In this document: positions 51,750 to 64,000 of the stretch, in pieces | Position numbering within the stretch: the first letter of the stretch is position 1 | How the letters are laid out: every line of letters starts with the position of its first letter | DNA from: Octopus vulgaris | Lineage: Eukaryota | Assembly (NCBI GenBank): GCA_951406725.2 | Contig: OX597827.1 | Span: 18,538,001-18,602,000, forward strand | DNA: 64,000 nt | Direction: 5' to 3' | Translations under genes and position numbers: made by a program | Notes under the pieces: model-generated | What the model was told of the DNA's origin: nothing | The model's database searches: none | Seen by the model: the letters and a program-made list of their open reading frames with translations, nothing else

Positions 51750-52285
51750 TACATCTCCTGCCGTGGCTGTGTAGTCCTATCCTGGACAAAAACTCCCTCT
51801 TGCAGGTGCCGCAAATATAGCGAAGACTTTGACTGGCTGGTTGTAGTGTCATAGTTTCTTGTTGACATCTTTTCTTGTCTTTCCATTTCTCCTCTCTTTC
51901 TCTGTCACTCTTTTGTATTCCCTCTTTTACGGTACGTCGCCAATCTCCACGGTTACTGGCAACTGCTTCCTAATTTCTAATATTGATGTTGCAGGCCTTC
52001 ATGTCCCTTTTGCAAGCATCTTTGTATCGTAAGAACGGTCTTCCCACAGACCTAGTGCCCCTAGCAAGCTCTCCGTAGAGTATGTCCTTGGGGATTCCGC
52101 CATCTTTCATACGGCTAACATGTCCAAGCCATCTCATACGTCTTTGTGTGAGGAGTGCGAACATGCTTGGTATTCCTGCTTGCTTGAGGACATCTTTTTT
52201 GGGAACATGATTCTGCCATTTGATGCCGAGGATTTTCCGGAGGCAGCGCAGGTGAAAGATATTTAGGCGACGCTCTTGGCGTTTG
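51750..52285 (-). mobile_element. 3' fragment of an RTE-clade LINE ORF
   Basis: RLNIFHLRCLRKILGIKWQNHV...RRMRWLGHVSRMKDGGIPKDILYGEL..GTRSVGRPFLRYKD is the typical RTE post-RT region. Confidence 0.85.
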
Positions 52286-52707
52286 GTGGCTGTTGGGTCA
52301 AACTCCAAATGAGAAGGGGAGATAATTTCAAAAAGCATGACTTTTCTGAAATGTCATAAAGGAAAAAACTGGTTGTCTGGAACAGCAGGAGAGCAATGGA
52401 CATACGTTTCTGTCTCAAAAGACATCATCAGCGCATCAGCTGGCCTACATATTGTGTGTATGTATGTCATTGTTCAGCTTTATTTCAAGATTTCTTGCCA
52501 ATAGAGAAAGAACCGGTTTCTAACCTAGATCCAAGGCTCCTTCATTGGAATTTCAACATTAACAACAGGATATTTTTGCTTGTCTGTCAGTCTGTCTGTT
52601 TGTCTGTATGTATATATGTATGTATGTAGATGTGCAGATTTGTATGTTTTGCTTTATGTACGTATTCTCATGCGTATACTTGCATGACTAGACATGCTCA
52701 TATATAT

Positions 52708-52915
52708 TTAAATGATAAACTTCTGGAAAGTTTTACAGATCTTTATAGTTCCAGTGTTGGCTTGGATCTGTAGTCTTCGAATTAGCTTTCTCCTTTCTGG
52801 TTTTGAGAATCCCAATTTCTCAAGATTGGTACCTATCCTAAGGCTCCAAAAATTACAGGTGTAAACCTGAACTTGTAATCTGTATAGAGTAATTACAGAT
52901 TTCTTAATAGTTCTC
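52708..52915 (-). mobile_element. Possible 3' end of an RLE-type (R4/Dong-like) non-LTR element
   Basis: LEKLGF...IRRLQIQANTGTIKICKTF resembles the LQKxALLGTxxIxRxxL terminus of R4/Dong ORFs. Confidence 0.45.
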
Positions 52916-52944
52916 AATAGTTTAGCGTATTCTCTTTTTCACTG

Positions 52945-52945
<1 letters not shown>

Positions 52946-52975
<30 letters not shown>

Positions 52976-53563
52976 TGCATGTATGTATGTATGTATGTAT
53001 GTATGTATGTATGTATGTATGTATGTATGTATGTATGTATGTATGTATGTATGTATGTATGTATGTATGTATGTATGTATGTATGTATGTATGTATGTAT
53101 GTATGTATGCATGTATGTATGCATGCATGTATGTATGCATGTATGCATGTATGTATGCATGTATGTATGTATGTATGCATGTTTGTATGTATGCATGCAT
53201 GTATGTATGCATGTATGCATGTATGTATGTATGTATGTATGTATGTATGTATGTATGTATGTATGTATGTATGCATGTATGTATGTATGCATGCATGTAT
53301 GTATGCATGTATGCATGTATGTATGTATGTATGTATGTATGTATGTATGCATGTATGCATGTATGTATGTATGTATGTATGTATGTATGTATGTATGCAT
53401 GTATGCATGTATGTATGTATGTATGTATGTATGTATGCATGTATGCATGTATGTATGTATGTATGTATGTATGTATGTATGTATGCATGTATGCATGCAT
53501 GTATGTATGCATGTATGCATGTATGTATGTATGTATGCATGCATGCATATATGCATGTATGCA
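52946..53563. repeat. (TATG)n/(CATG) microsatellite, ~620 bp
   Basis: Directly visible. Confidence 0.95.
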
Positions 53564-53576
53564 TTATGTAAGTATA

Positions 53577-53798
53577 CAGGGTGATTGCAAAGTAACTCCC
53601 TATTTCAAAAATACTTATAAATTATTTATTGATTGTAATTTTTTCCTAATATTTTTGTTTTTGTGTTAGTTTTTTAATTTCAAATAAGACCACATACCAA
53701 AAGCTTCCCTCTCATAGTCATTTGTATCGTACAAATTATACAATTAATAAATAATTTATAAGTCTTTTAAAATAGGGAGTTACTTTTCAATTATCCTC
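53577..53798. mobile_element. Tc1/mariner-type MITE
   Basis: TA-flanked TIRs CAGGGTGATTGCAAAGTAACTCCCTATTT / AAATAGGGAGTTACTTTTCAATTATCCTC; further internal palindromy. Confidence 0.75.
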
Positions 53799-53924
53799 TA
53801 TAATTATACATACATTTTGTGTGTGTGTGGATAAATTATGTACCAGTCGAGTACTGGGGTCCATGTAATCGGCTATCTCCAATCTCCCAAATCATAGGCC
53901 TTGTACCTACAGTAGAAAGAATTG

Positions 53925-54011
<87 letters not shown>

Positions 54012-54044
54012 TTATTATTATTGTTATTATTAATATTATTTTTA

Positions 54045-54126
<82 letters not shown>

Positions 54127-54294
54127 CATTATTATTATTATCATTATTATTATTTCTAATTCTCCCGAGGTCTACTTTGCCTTTCATCCTATCGGAGGCG
54201 ATAAAATAAGTACCAGTTGAGTATTGGGATCGATATAACCAACCATGCCCCTCCCTGCCAAATTTCGGGTCTTTGCGCCAATAATAGAATGGAT

Positions 54295-54348
<54 letters not shown>

Positions 54349-54379
54349 CACCACCACCACCACCACCACCACCACCACC

Positions 54380-54443
<64 letters not shown>

Positions 54444-54824
54444 TTCACGTTAGGATTAAAACTAAATTCGGATTTTTCATGTTTACCATCGACTTAATTA
54501 TTTACAGTGGAATTAAAGGTTTACATTTTCGTTTCTTGAAAGTTACTTCCAGCTGTCATGGAGAAAAGTACACCGCATATTTGAAACCTGAGCCAATTCT
54601 ACCATAGAATCGTTTAGTGGATTTTGGTTATGTATATATATTTTTTCTGCTGCAGGAAATGTTTATTTCATTAAAAATAAAACGGTAAAAATACTAATAA
54701 AAATGAGAAAAAGAAAGAAAAAATTAAACTTTCTCCAGAAAGTGGTTCAAGAAAATGATATTTCTTAAATTATTCAAATCTCTTCGTAACTAGACTATGG
54801 TTTAGTATTTTTTTTTCGCATATA

Positions 54825-54870
<46 letters not shown>

Positions 54871-54876
54871 CATGGT

Positions 54877-54943
<67 letters not shown>

Positions 54944-55064
54944 TGAGGGTAAGCCCGCCATTTTCATAGATATGTAAAGATAAACATTCGGACATGCTAC
55001 GACGAATTCTACGGTTGGCTATCGAGCTTGTAATGTTATGTTTTCTCTTATATTTCTTGAGTTT

Positions 55065-55128
55065 GTTGCACTGATGAACATGAAATGCATATTCTGCATT
55101 AAATGCGAAATCACATGTGATATGTAAC
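55065..55128 (+). ncRNA. Type I hammerhead ribozyme, copy 1
   Basis: gttgca-CTGATGA-[acat..atgca-tattc-tgcat..atgc]-GAAA-tcacatgtga-TA-tgtaac. Helix III is a perfect 10-nt palindrome; the first pair of stem II is an A-C mismatch. Confidence 0.65.
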
Positions 55129-55561
55129 TGAATTCTTTTTTAAAATGATGTGTTTTGAAGTTTTGCATTCGGTAAAATTTTGTTTATTTTTAGTAGTTTT
55201 GACCGCATTGGTCCCTCTTAGCGTGTTGGTATCTACGAATAGTAGTACCCTCAATATAATATAAATGAATATTTTCAAAGAGGAAGAATTTACGGATTTT
55301 TTCTCTTACGAGGTTTTTCACGCTGACTACTGATAATTTCTTTTTAAGATTTTATCCTCAATTGTTAATTTATATTTTTCACCGGAATAGTTCAATACTG
55401 AATTTTTATTCCGACTAGACAATTTGTTACCGAAATGCATTGCGAATAAGCCCGCCATTTTCATAGATATGTAAAGATAAACATTCGTACATGCTACGAC
55501 GAATTCTACGGTTGGCTATCGAGCTTGTAATGTTATGTTTTCTCTTATATTTCTTGAGTTT

Positions 55562-55625
55562 GTTGCACTGATGAACATGAAATGCATATTCTGCATTAAA
55601 TGCGAAATCACATGTGATATGTAAC
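55562..55625 (+). ncRNA. Type I hammerhead ribozyme, copy 2
   Basis: Identical to copy 1, 497 nt downstream. Confidence 0.65.
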
Positions 55626-55861
55626 TGAATTCTTTTTTAAAATGATGTGTTTTGAAGTTTTGCATTCGGTAAAATTTTGTTTATTTTTAGTAGTTTTGAC
55701 CGCATTGGTCCCTCTTAGCGTGTTGGTATCTATGAATAGTAGTACCCTCAATAGAATATAAATGAATATTTTCAAAGAGGAAGAATTTACGGATTTTTTC
55801 TCTTACGAGGTTTTTCACGCTGACTACTGATAATTTCTTTTTAAGATTTTATCCTCAATTG

Positions 55862-55922
<61 letters not shown>

Positions 55923-56139
55923 GCCATGATAGATCGTTAGCCACTACACACATTTTTTCTCTCCTTGTTTCTCTCCTTGGTTTTTCTGTGTCCCTTTCTG
56001 TAGAAGAGCGTAGGCTCGAAACGTAAAAGACTTTTCTATTCCTGAGCGTTATACTAATACAGCTGTTTGTTTTGTACACCGCCTGTCTTCGTCTTTTGTT
56101 TTTTTTTTTTTTTCGTAAACTCTCCCTATATATATATAT

Positions 56140-56583
56140 ATCAGAGAATGTGCAGATAAGTTTTGGTTCAGTTCAGTCTATTATCACTGAAGATTTGGGT
56201 ATGAGTCGTGTGTCTGCCAAGTCTGTGCCAAAACTGTTTTCAGCTGACCAAAATGACACTCGGGTTTCAGTTGCCCAAGATCTCCTTGATTGTATCAAGA
56301 ACGATGAAATCTTTTTGAAAACTTTGCGTAGGCCTCTGAGCAAGTATCTCCAAGCTTTTGGCAAAATTTGATGCGGATTCTATGCTCAAATCTTTCTGTC
56401 ATGGTCAATGCGACGATCAAACGCAACACACGTTCCTTCCAAGCACTGCTGTAAACAGCGGAAGTGAGTTACAACGTTAAAACTTAGTTCGCAAGCACAG
56501 CAAAGTACAAGCGACTTTACTCTGCGTACTTTATCTTCGTTACTATGGCAACATTCCGGATACTTACTGATCAACCCTGGTTA
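56140..56583 (+). pseudogene. Mariner transposon deletion derivative
   Basis: ISENVQISFGSVQSIITEDLGMSRVSAKSVPKLFSADQ (mariner HTH plus WVP-like motif); mariner-like right end ...tacttactgatcaaccctg. A related fragment lies at about 60710-60800. Confidence 0.75.
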
Positions 56584-56709
56584 TATATATAGAGAGAGAG
56601 ACACGCATGGGTTATTTGGTATTGCTACAATTGTTTCGTAAAGAATCTATTGTGACATATGCATAGGACAATCAGGTATGTAGTATGAACAACATACATA
56701 AGATTGCGT

Positions 56710-57220
56710 GGCAAGACTGCCCGTCCAACCCCAAACCACCTTTAAAAAATTTTTTTCGACACAACCCCCTCCTTTTCGGTTAGGGGGAATACGAATCTGC
56801 AAAAAAAATTGGCATATCTCGACATTTCTAAATTACCACCCCACCCTATTTCCTTCATTTTAAAACTTTTTTCACAATTTTTTTTTCAAAATATGCGGAA
56901 AAATACGGAGATTATGATTCTGAAAAAAATGTCCAAAAATCTTTGTAAAATTTTTTTAAAGAATTTTTTTTAAATATGCGGAAAAATTTCAAAACATTTC
57001 TGTACTTACTGTTACGGTTTTAGGGTTAGGGTTAGGGTGTTGGGGAAAAAAGTCAAAATTGAAGAAGTTGGTGGGGGAGGGGGAGAAAAATTTCACAATG
57101 CCGATTTTTGGCAATTTTGCAGAACCTCCGTATCCGAAAACGGGGATTTTTGACAAAAAATTACAAAAATAAACAATTTTGGGAAAAATTGGTGGGGGAC
57201 AGGACGGGTAAAGTCTTCCC
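56710..57220. mobile_element. Second Merlin-like MITE family (F) with internal (TTAGGG)3
   Basis: Imperfect TIR GGCAAGACT-GCCCGTCC / GGACGGGTAAAGTCTTCCC; perfect 8-bp TSD gattgcgt at 56702-56709 and 57221-57228; TTAGGG x3 at about 57020-57037. Confidence 0.8.
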
Positions 57221-57288
57221 GATTGCGTAATACGTTTCGCAACTTTCAACACATGGCACTAATATCTCCTGTAAGCAAAGCTCCCTAT

Positions 57289-57328
<40 letters not shown>

Positions 57329-57976
57329 CCTCTTTGGTGTATAATTTTAAGCACAAGACGAGCAATTTGGAAAGTAGTGAAAGTAAATGTATCAGTCAAT
57401 TAAATCGAATGGTATTTTATTTTATCGACTGCTCAGAGAAGAATAACAAAGTTGACCTCGGTAAGATTGGAACTCAGAACGTAACGCAAACTGACGGAAC
57501 CAATGCCGCAAAACATTCCTCTTTTCTTTCCCCCCTTTTTTTTTTTTAAAACCAACGCTCCAACGATTGCGCCATCTTGCCGCCTCTCTGTTATAAAGGG
57601 AATGATTGCTTTAATGTCACTAATTCAATAGTTGAGTTAGTAGTGTAAATCTTTATGGCTTTTCAGCTTGCTCCCGGAAAACTTCTATAGTTATTTGGTA
57701 TTGCTATGTCAATTATTAACAATGTATTAGTAATAATCTATTGTCGTTTCCTTAAACAAACACGATGTCAAAGCTTATTATGTACTTTCTGGAGGTCTGT
57801 CTCTATGCTGAATTCTCATAGTATCTTCGCATTGTCATTTTCTTAAGACAGGCAGTAATTCATATGTGTAATAGAGAAAAGTTTTTCTATAAGAAATTGA
57901 AACTAGGTGACCAGGTATATACAAAGAAGTCATTCTGCGTTGTTTTTGTCTCCTTGTAAACTTTGACTGGGGCCAA

Positions 57977-58910
57977 ATACATACATACATACATACACAC
58001 ACACATACATACATACACACACATATACACATACATATATACATACATACACACACATACATACATACATACATTCATACATGCATGCATGCATACACAC
58101 GCATGCATACATACATACATACATACACACACATACATACTTACATACATACATACATACACACACACATACATACATACACATGCATACATACACACAC
58201 ATACACACATACATACACACACATACATACATGCATACACACGCATACATACATACATACATACATACATACATACATACATACATACATACATACACAC
58301 ATACATACACACATACATACTTGCATACACACATACATACATACATACATACACATACATACATACATACATACATACACACACACATACATACATACAT
58401 ACATACACACATACATACACACATACATACTTGCATACACACATACATACATACATACATACACATACATACATACATACATACATACACACACACATAC
58501 ATACATACATACACACATACATACACACATACATACTTGCATACACACATACATACATACATACACATACATACATACATACATACATACATACATACAT
58601 GCATACATACATACACACACACATACATACATACACATGCATACATACACACATACATACATACATACATACATACATACATGCATACATACATACATAC
58701 ATACACATACATACACACACATACATACATACATACATGCATACATACATACATACATACATACACACACACACATACATACATACATACATACATACAT
58801 ACATACATACATACATACATACATAAATACATACATATACACACATACATACATATACACACATACATACATACATACATACATACACACACATAACATA
58901 CATAACATAC
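57977..58910. repeat. (CATA)n/(CA)n compound microsatellite, ~930 bp, with higher-order units
   Basis: Recurring acatacttgcatacacac landmark at about 58315, 58425 and 58532. Confidence 0.95.
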
Positions 58911-59348
58911 GCATTGTACGTTCTGATACGATGTGGAGTATTGTTTCAGAACACATACCAGATTGGCGACAGTCGTCATCTGTATTATAGAAAATATAAA
59001 TATTTGTCTCAATGAAGTCTATTCATTCATTTATTCACCTATTAATGCTTGTGTTGTCATTGTTTAGCCCCAGGTCAGCTCTGATTGAAACAGAACTATG
59101 ATCAAAGACATTCCAACCGTAGCCATCGCGTGTTTTTAAAGCACAATGCTCTAGGGCTACCGAATTTAACATGGCCTACATCTTTGACTACACAACGTAG
59201 AGGCTCGCTCATATTTTTAAGGAGTATTTTGTAGAGGAAATGGTGTTGTACTTCTCTTATCCTATTCAGATTGGATTCGATCCACTAGATCTGAATCCGA
59301 TTCTTTTCTTTTAATTTCTTACTTTTATTAACACACATACATACATAG

Positions 59349-59379
<31 letters not shown>

Positions 59380-59401
59380 CATACATACATACATACATAC
59401 A

Positions 59402-59436
<35 letters not shown>

Positions 59437-59725
59437 TCTGATTTTTTATATAATTTTCATCTGTCTTGCCCGCCTAATTGTTCTGGTGTCCGCTGAATTT
59501 TCCTCTAGAGAGCATTCTTTTCTTTGTAGTTTGATCGTTGATGATCTATTTCTAGTATACGGCCGACTACCTAGTGGTCTTGCCCTTTGAATATACACAT
59601 GTATTAGAATTTTCTCTGATTTTTCAGATTTTTGTATGCTAGGCTACTGGTTTTAAATTGATATTAATTAAATTAATATTAAATTTATCTCCCTCATTAT
59701 ATATATATATATATATATATACATA

Positions 59726-59893
59726 TATACGACAGGCCTCTTTCAGTTTCTGTCTACCAAATCTACTCACAAGGCCTTGGTCAGCCCGAGGCTATAGTAG
59801 AAGACACTTGCCCAAGGTGCCGCGCAGCGGGAATAAATCTGGAACCATGTGGTTGGTAAGCAAGCTACTTACCACATAGCCACTCCTGCGCCT
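59726..59893 (-). mobile_element. SINE family A head half
   Basis: Sequence match; adjoins the same insert seen at 8570-8750. Confidence 0.8.
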
Positions 59894-59998
59894 ATATCGT
59901 GTAATTTAAAAAAATTTATTTGTGTGTCAAAATGTAGATAGATAGATAGATGGATAGACAGACAGGCAGACAGACAGACAGATAGATAGATAGTTAGT

Positions 59999-60050
<52 letters not shown>

Positions 60051-61340
60051 GAGATAGATAGATAAATAGGTTTTTGTAGAAGTATTGACGTAACCAGAGA
60101 GGGTCGGGGAAGCACCCTTAACCCTATAATTTTTAGTGTTTCCAAGATTGGTAGGAAGAAAGGGACTAAGTTCTCCTAAAACTGGAGACATCGTCCGAAT
60201 TCCAAAGAGTGAATTCTTCTAAAGGTATTCAAGGATCAGTTGATAGAGTTAAACCGGTCACAAGATTATGTCCAAGAGCAGAAGCAAATTCTCCAAGGAG
60301 CCTCCCCCATTTCCCTCACAATTCTGCCAATACACAACCTTAGAATGGTACTTTATTTTATCGACTCCAAAGGATAAAAAAGTAAAGGAGCGTGGCCTAG
60401 TGGTTAGGGTGTTTCAATCACGATCTCAAGACCGTGGTTTCGATTCTCGGACCTGGTGATGCATTGAATTCTTGAACAAAATGTTTCATTTCACGTGGCT
60501 CCAGCCCGTTCAGCTGTAGATGTGTTAACCCTACGACGGACTAGCGTCTCACTCAGAGAGGGTGTTGTGATCTCGGTCGCTTATACACTATGGAAACCTG
60601 GTAAATGGTTCTGTGAGTCCGAGAACTCGAGATCGCAATATCCAGAGGTTGGTGATGACGATGATGATAATGATGCTGAAGGAAAAAGAAAAGCAAACTT
60701 GACTTCGGTGACCAAAAAGACACTCTTTGATTGTATCGAAAACGATGAAATCTTTTTGAAAACTTTACGTAGAGCGTTAGGACAAATACAGCAAAACATT
60801 TTTAAAATGTAGCTAGATACGAAATGCCAAAGTGCAACCACTTAGCCATTCCGCCTTTAGCTAGTTTTCGTGTTGTTGAGGTTATTGTTGCTGTTGTCAT
60901 AATTATTGTTTATATTTTAGTCCCAGAGCAGACCTAATCGAACAAGCTTGTTCTTAGAGACATTCTGACCGTGAACCTCCCGTTTTTCTTTTTACGTCCA
61001 GGGATTCAAGAGCCACACTATCCGTCACCGCTTTTTCTAAGACACAAAACAGTGAACGGCAAATTAGTTGGCGCATTGATAAGAATGCCTCGTGGTATTT
61101 GTTCCTACTGTCTCTGCTATCCGGGTTCAAATCCAATCGAGATCCACTTTGTGCCAATTCAAGGCGGTGTAGTGGCCGGAAGGTTAGAACGCCAGACAGG
61201 ATGCCTCGCGATATTTATTCCGACTCATTTCGTTCTGAGTTCAAATCCTAACGTGGTTTACTTGGATGGTAGTTGAATCGGAAACACTTTGCACTAAAAA
61301 TTATCTTCTGCATCAGGTCGAGAAATGTAGCTAACTTGCG

Positions 61341-61530
61341 TAGGGGTTGCTGAAAAGTTCCTGGCTTCAAGGGTGTCGCGAAAGGCCTGGCTGGAGTTCT
61401 TTTACAGAGCTTAGGAAAACTGAAGGACCGCTGCAATAAGTGCGTGAATCTGAGAGGGGAATAGGTTGAATAAAATCATAATTAACTGATCTTCCTGTAT
61501 TTTCTTTTACTCAAAGCCAGGAACTTTTCA
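61341..61530. mobile_element. Mariner-like MITE whose right TIR is truncated by SINE A
   Basis: Inverted match tgaaaagttcctggctt / aagccaggaacttttca. Confidence 0.65.
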
Positions 61531-61984
61531 TGCTGGAGCACCGCTTTAAGTCGAGCAAATCGACATAAGGACTTATTCTTTGTAAGCCTAGTACTTACTC
61601 TATCGGTATTTGTGGTCGAACCGCTAAGTTACGGGGACGTAAACGCACCAGCATCGGTTGTCAAGCGATATTGGGGGACAAACATACAAACAAACACACG
61701 CACATACATACATACATACATACATACATACATACATACATACATACTTACATACATGCATGCATACGTACGTACGTACGTATGTACATACATACATACA
61801 TACATACATACATACATACATACATACATACATACATACGACAGGCTTCTTTCAGTTTCGTCTACAAAATCCACTCTCAAGGCTTTGGTCGGCCCAAGGC
61901 TATAGTAGAAGACAATTGCCCAAGGTGCCACGCAGCGGGACTGAACCCGGAACCATGTGGCTGGTAAGCAAGCTACTTACCACA
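61531..61984 (-). mobile_element. SINE family A
   Basis: Sequence match; central (CATA)n expansion. Confidence 0.82.
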
Positions 61985-62258
61985 AGACAAGAAGTTGTGT
62001 CGAAGACAAATATCTCGTACCTACTAAATCCAATGAGTAGCATGAACCAGTGACTACTAAACTATTTTTTACTTTTAACTATAGCAATAACTTACGCAAT
62101 ATTGTCTGACACACTTAACCCGACACACCGATGCTAAAAACGTGGAGAAGTTGAGAAACTCTGTACCTGTTGAGGAGCAGACTTCGACAATTCACAGTGA
62201 AAATGTGAAAAGAGCTAGGTATTTAAAGTAGAGGAGATGTGAATGTATCTCTTTGTTT

Positions 62259-62483
62259 TCTCTTTTACTTGTTTCAGTCATTTGACTGCGGCCATGTTGG
62301 AGCACTGCCTTTAGTCGAGCAAATCGACGCCAGGATTTATTCTTTGTAAGCCTAGTACTTATTCTATCTGTCTCTTTTGTCGAATCGCTAAGTTACGGGG
62401 ACGTAAACACACCAGCATCGGTTGTCAAGTGATGTTGGTGGGGGGACAAACACAGACACACAAACATATATACACACACACAC

Positions 62484-62521
<38 letters not shown>

Positions 62522-62684
62522 GACAGGCTTCTTTCAGTTTCTGTCTACCAAATCCACTCACAAGGCTTTGGTCAGCTCGAGGCTATAGTAGAAGACATTT
62601 GCCCAAGGGGCCGCACAGTGGGAATGAACCTGGAACCATGTGGTTGGTAAGCAAGCTACTTACCACATAGCTACTCCTGCGCCT
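62259..62684 (-). mobile_element. SINE family A
   Basis: Full match to the family. Confidence 0.85.
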
Positions 62685-62742
62685 ATACTGTGTAATTTAA
62701 AAAAATTATTTGTGTGTCAAAATGTAGATAGATAGATAGATG

Positions 62743-62808
<66 letters not shown>

Positions 62809-62809
62809 G

Positions 62810-62852
<43 letters not shown>

Positions 62853-62861
62853 GAGATAGAG

Positions 62862-62916
<55 letters not shown>

Positions 62917-62921
62917 CAGGC

Positions 62922-62973
<52 letters not shown>

Positions 62974-63407
62974 GGATGAATGGATGGATGGATAGATAGA
63001 GTCCATAATAAGATCTTTGAGGCTCCACGCAAGACAATAGTAAATTGGGGATTCAATTCAACCTACACAAAATAATGTGTGGAAAACTAAATGAGAATTT
63101 TGATAGAAGTTTTTATAAACCTAGTTTTTAAGCATCGAATGACTAAGGGGGTCCACCAGAATAAAATAGTACTCAAAGGACTCCAGATACAAAATGCTTG
63201 AGAACCCCCGCTTTAGATGTATGCATTGCAAGAAACAGTCGTTTCTTTCTCTAACATTTTACATAGTTTTAACCTCCGCAAGTTAATGTGTGAAAAATAA
63301 AATAGGAATTTTGAGACAAGTTTAAAAACTAGTTTTTAAACATCGAATGGCTATGGTGGTCCACCAGAATAAAACAGTAATCAAAGGAATCCACAGATAA
63401 AAAATGG

Positions 63408-63830
63408 GGATCTTTTCGGTTTGAACGGCAGTTTTTAACATAATTTCTAGGTAACTAAACACTTTTAAACTTCATATACTGGTAGAATGTGTTTATAAAA
63501 CATCTCTTTCTCATGGCTTTATTGAGAAAATTCTATGGTTTGTAAGATATTTGTTGTTTTTTTTCTTCAATTTCCGCAATTTCAATCAATCAGTGACGTT
63601 CATCGAGGTAAAAAACATTCTGTGCCGTATAAATATGTCCCTCGTTTAAGAAACAGATTGGGTTTATTTACATTTGTGAAGAAAAAAAGATACCCTTCCC
63701 CCACCCCTAGCCCTAACCTTAACCCTAAAACAGATTGAAATGCAATAGATCGATACTAGGGTCATAATTATGGGTGACAATTTCATATGACACCGCTAGA
63801 AAAAACTGCCCTTTCAAACCGAAAAGATCC
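63408..63830. mobile_element. MITE family D
   Basis: Both TIRs; TSD aaaaatgg at 63400-63407 and 63831-63838. Confidence 0.9.
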
Positions 63831-64000
63831 AAAAATGGTATGCAGTCACCCGACCTGCTCGAAATAGCAGTCATGTTCTTACAATTCATACCCTACTTTA
63901 TGTAAAGGGTAGCTATTTTTTTAAAAGTGAATGTTGCATTCATCTCGTTAGAAAAAAAAATCACTTAGTGTTTCGTGGCCACATATGTGGAAATAACCAC

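Larger units (their letters stand above)
54950..55866 (+). repeat. 497-bp tandem repeat (1.85 copies), each unit carrying a hammerhead
   Basis: Unit 1 is 54950-55446 and unit 2 is 55447-55866, nearly identical; flanked by (TA)n on both sides. Confidence 0.9.

Noticed and set aside
52500-52560. Hammerhead-like GAAACCGGTT motif on the minus strand
   Set aside because: No CUGANGA core at the right position; at best a decayed relic.
52914-58990. 200-360 aa MYVC/HTYI ORFs
   Set aside because: (TATG)n/(CATA)n microsatellite artefacts.

Overview
Eukaryotic, extremely microsatellite- and SINE-rich DNA; the repeat landscape suggests a coleoid cephalopod such as Octopus (inference). The only host protein-coding feature I can support is the first coding exon of an inhibitory SMAD gene (SMAD6/7, Dad-like) on the minus strand (ATG 3561, GT donor after 2577). 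The gene continues off the left edge and the remaining ~60 kb is 5' UTR/upstream DNA. That DNA holds at least four tRNA-derived SINE families, 3' fragments of RTE/CR1/R4-like LINEs, decayed Tc1 and mariner transposases, hAT and Tc1/mariner MITEs, and a cluster of GG-ended, 8-9 bp TSD (Merlin-like) MITEs carrying internal TTAGGG repeats. Almost all other ORFs are simple-repeat artefacts. Two things stand out. (1) About 40 kb upstream there is a GTCTAGAC-N3-CACGTG element with the same architecture as the mammalian SMAD7 TGF-beta feedback element, fused to a near-consensus BMP/Mad-Medea site and next to a CAGAC-bearing minisatellite. (2) Several sequence-unrelated minimal type I hammerhead ribozymes (20.8, 48.1, 51.3, 55.1 and 55.6 kb, plus degenerate ones) sit in tandem or inverted, mostly (TA)n-embedded units resembling Penelope pLTRs or retrozymes. 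All calls are by eye and repeat boundaries are approximate.
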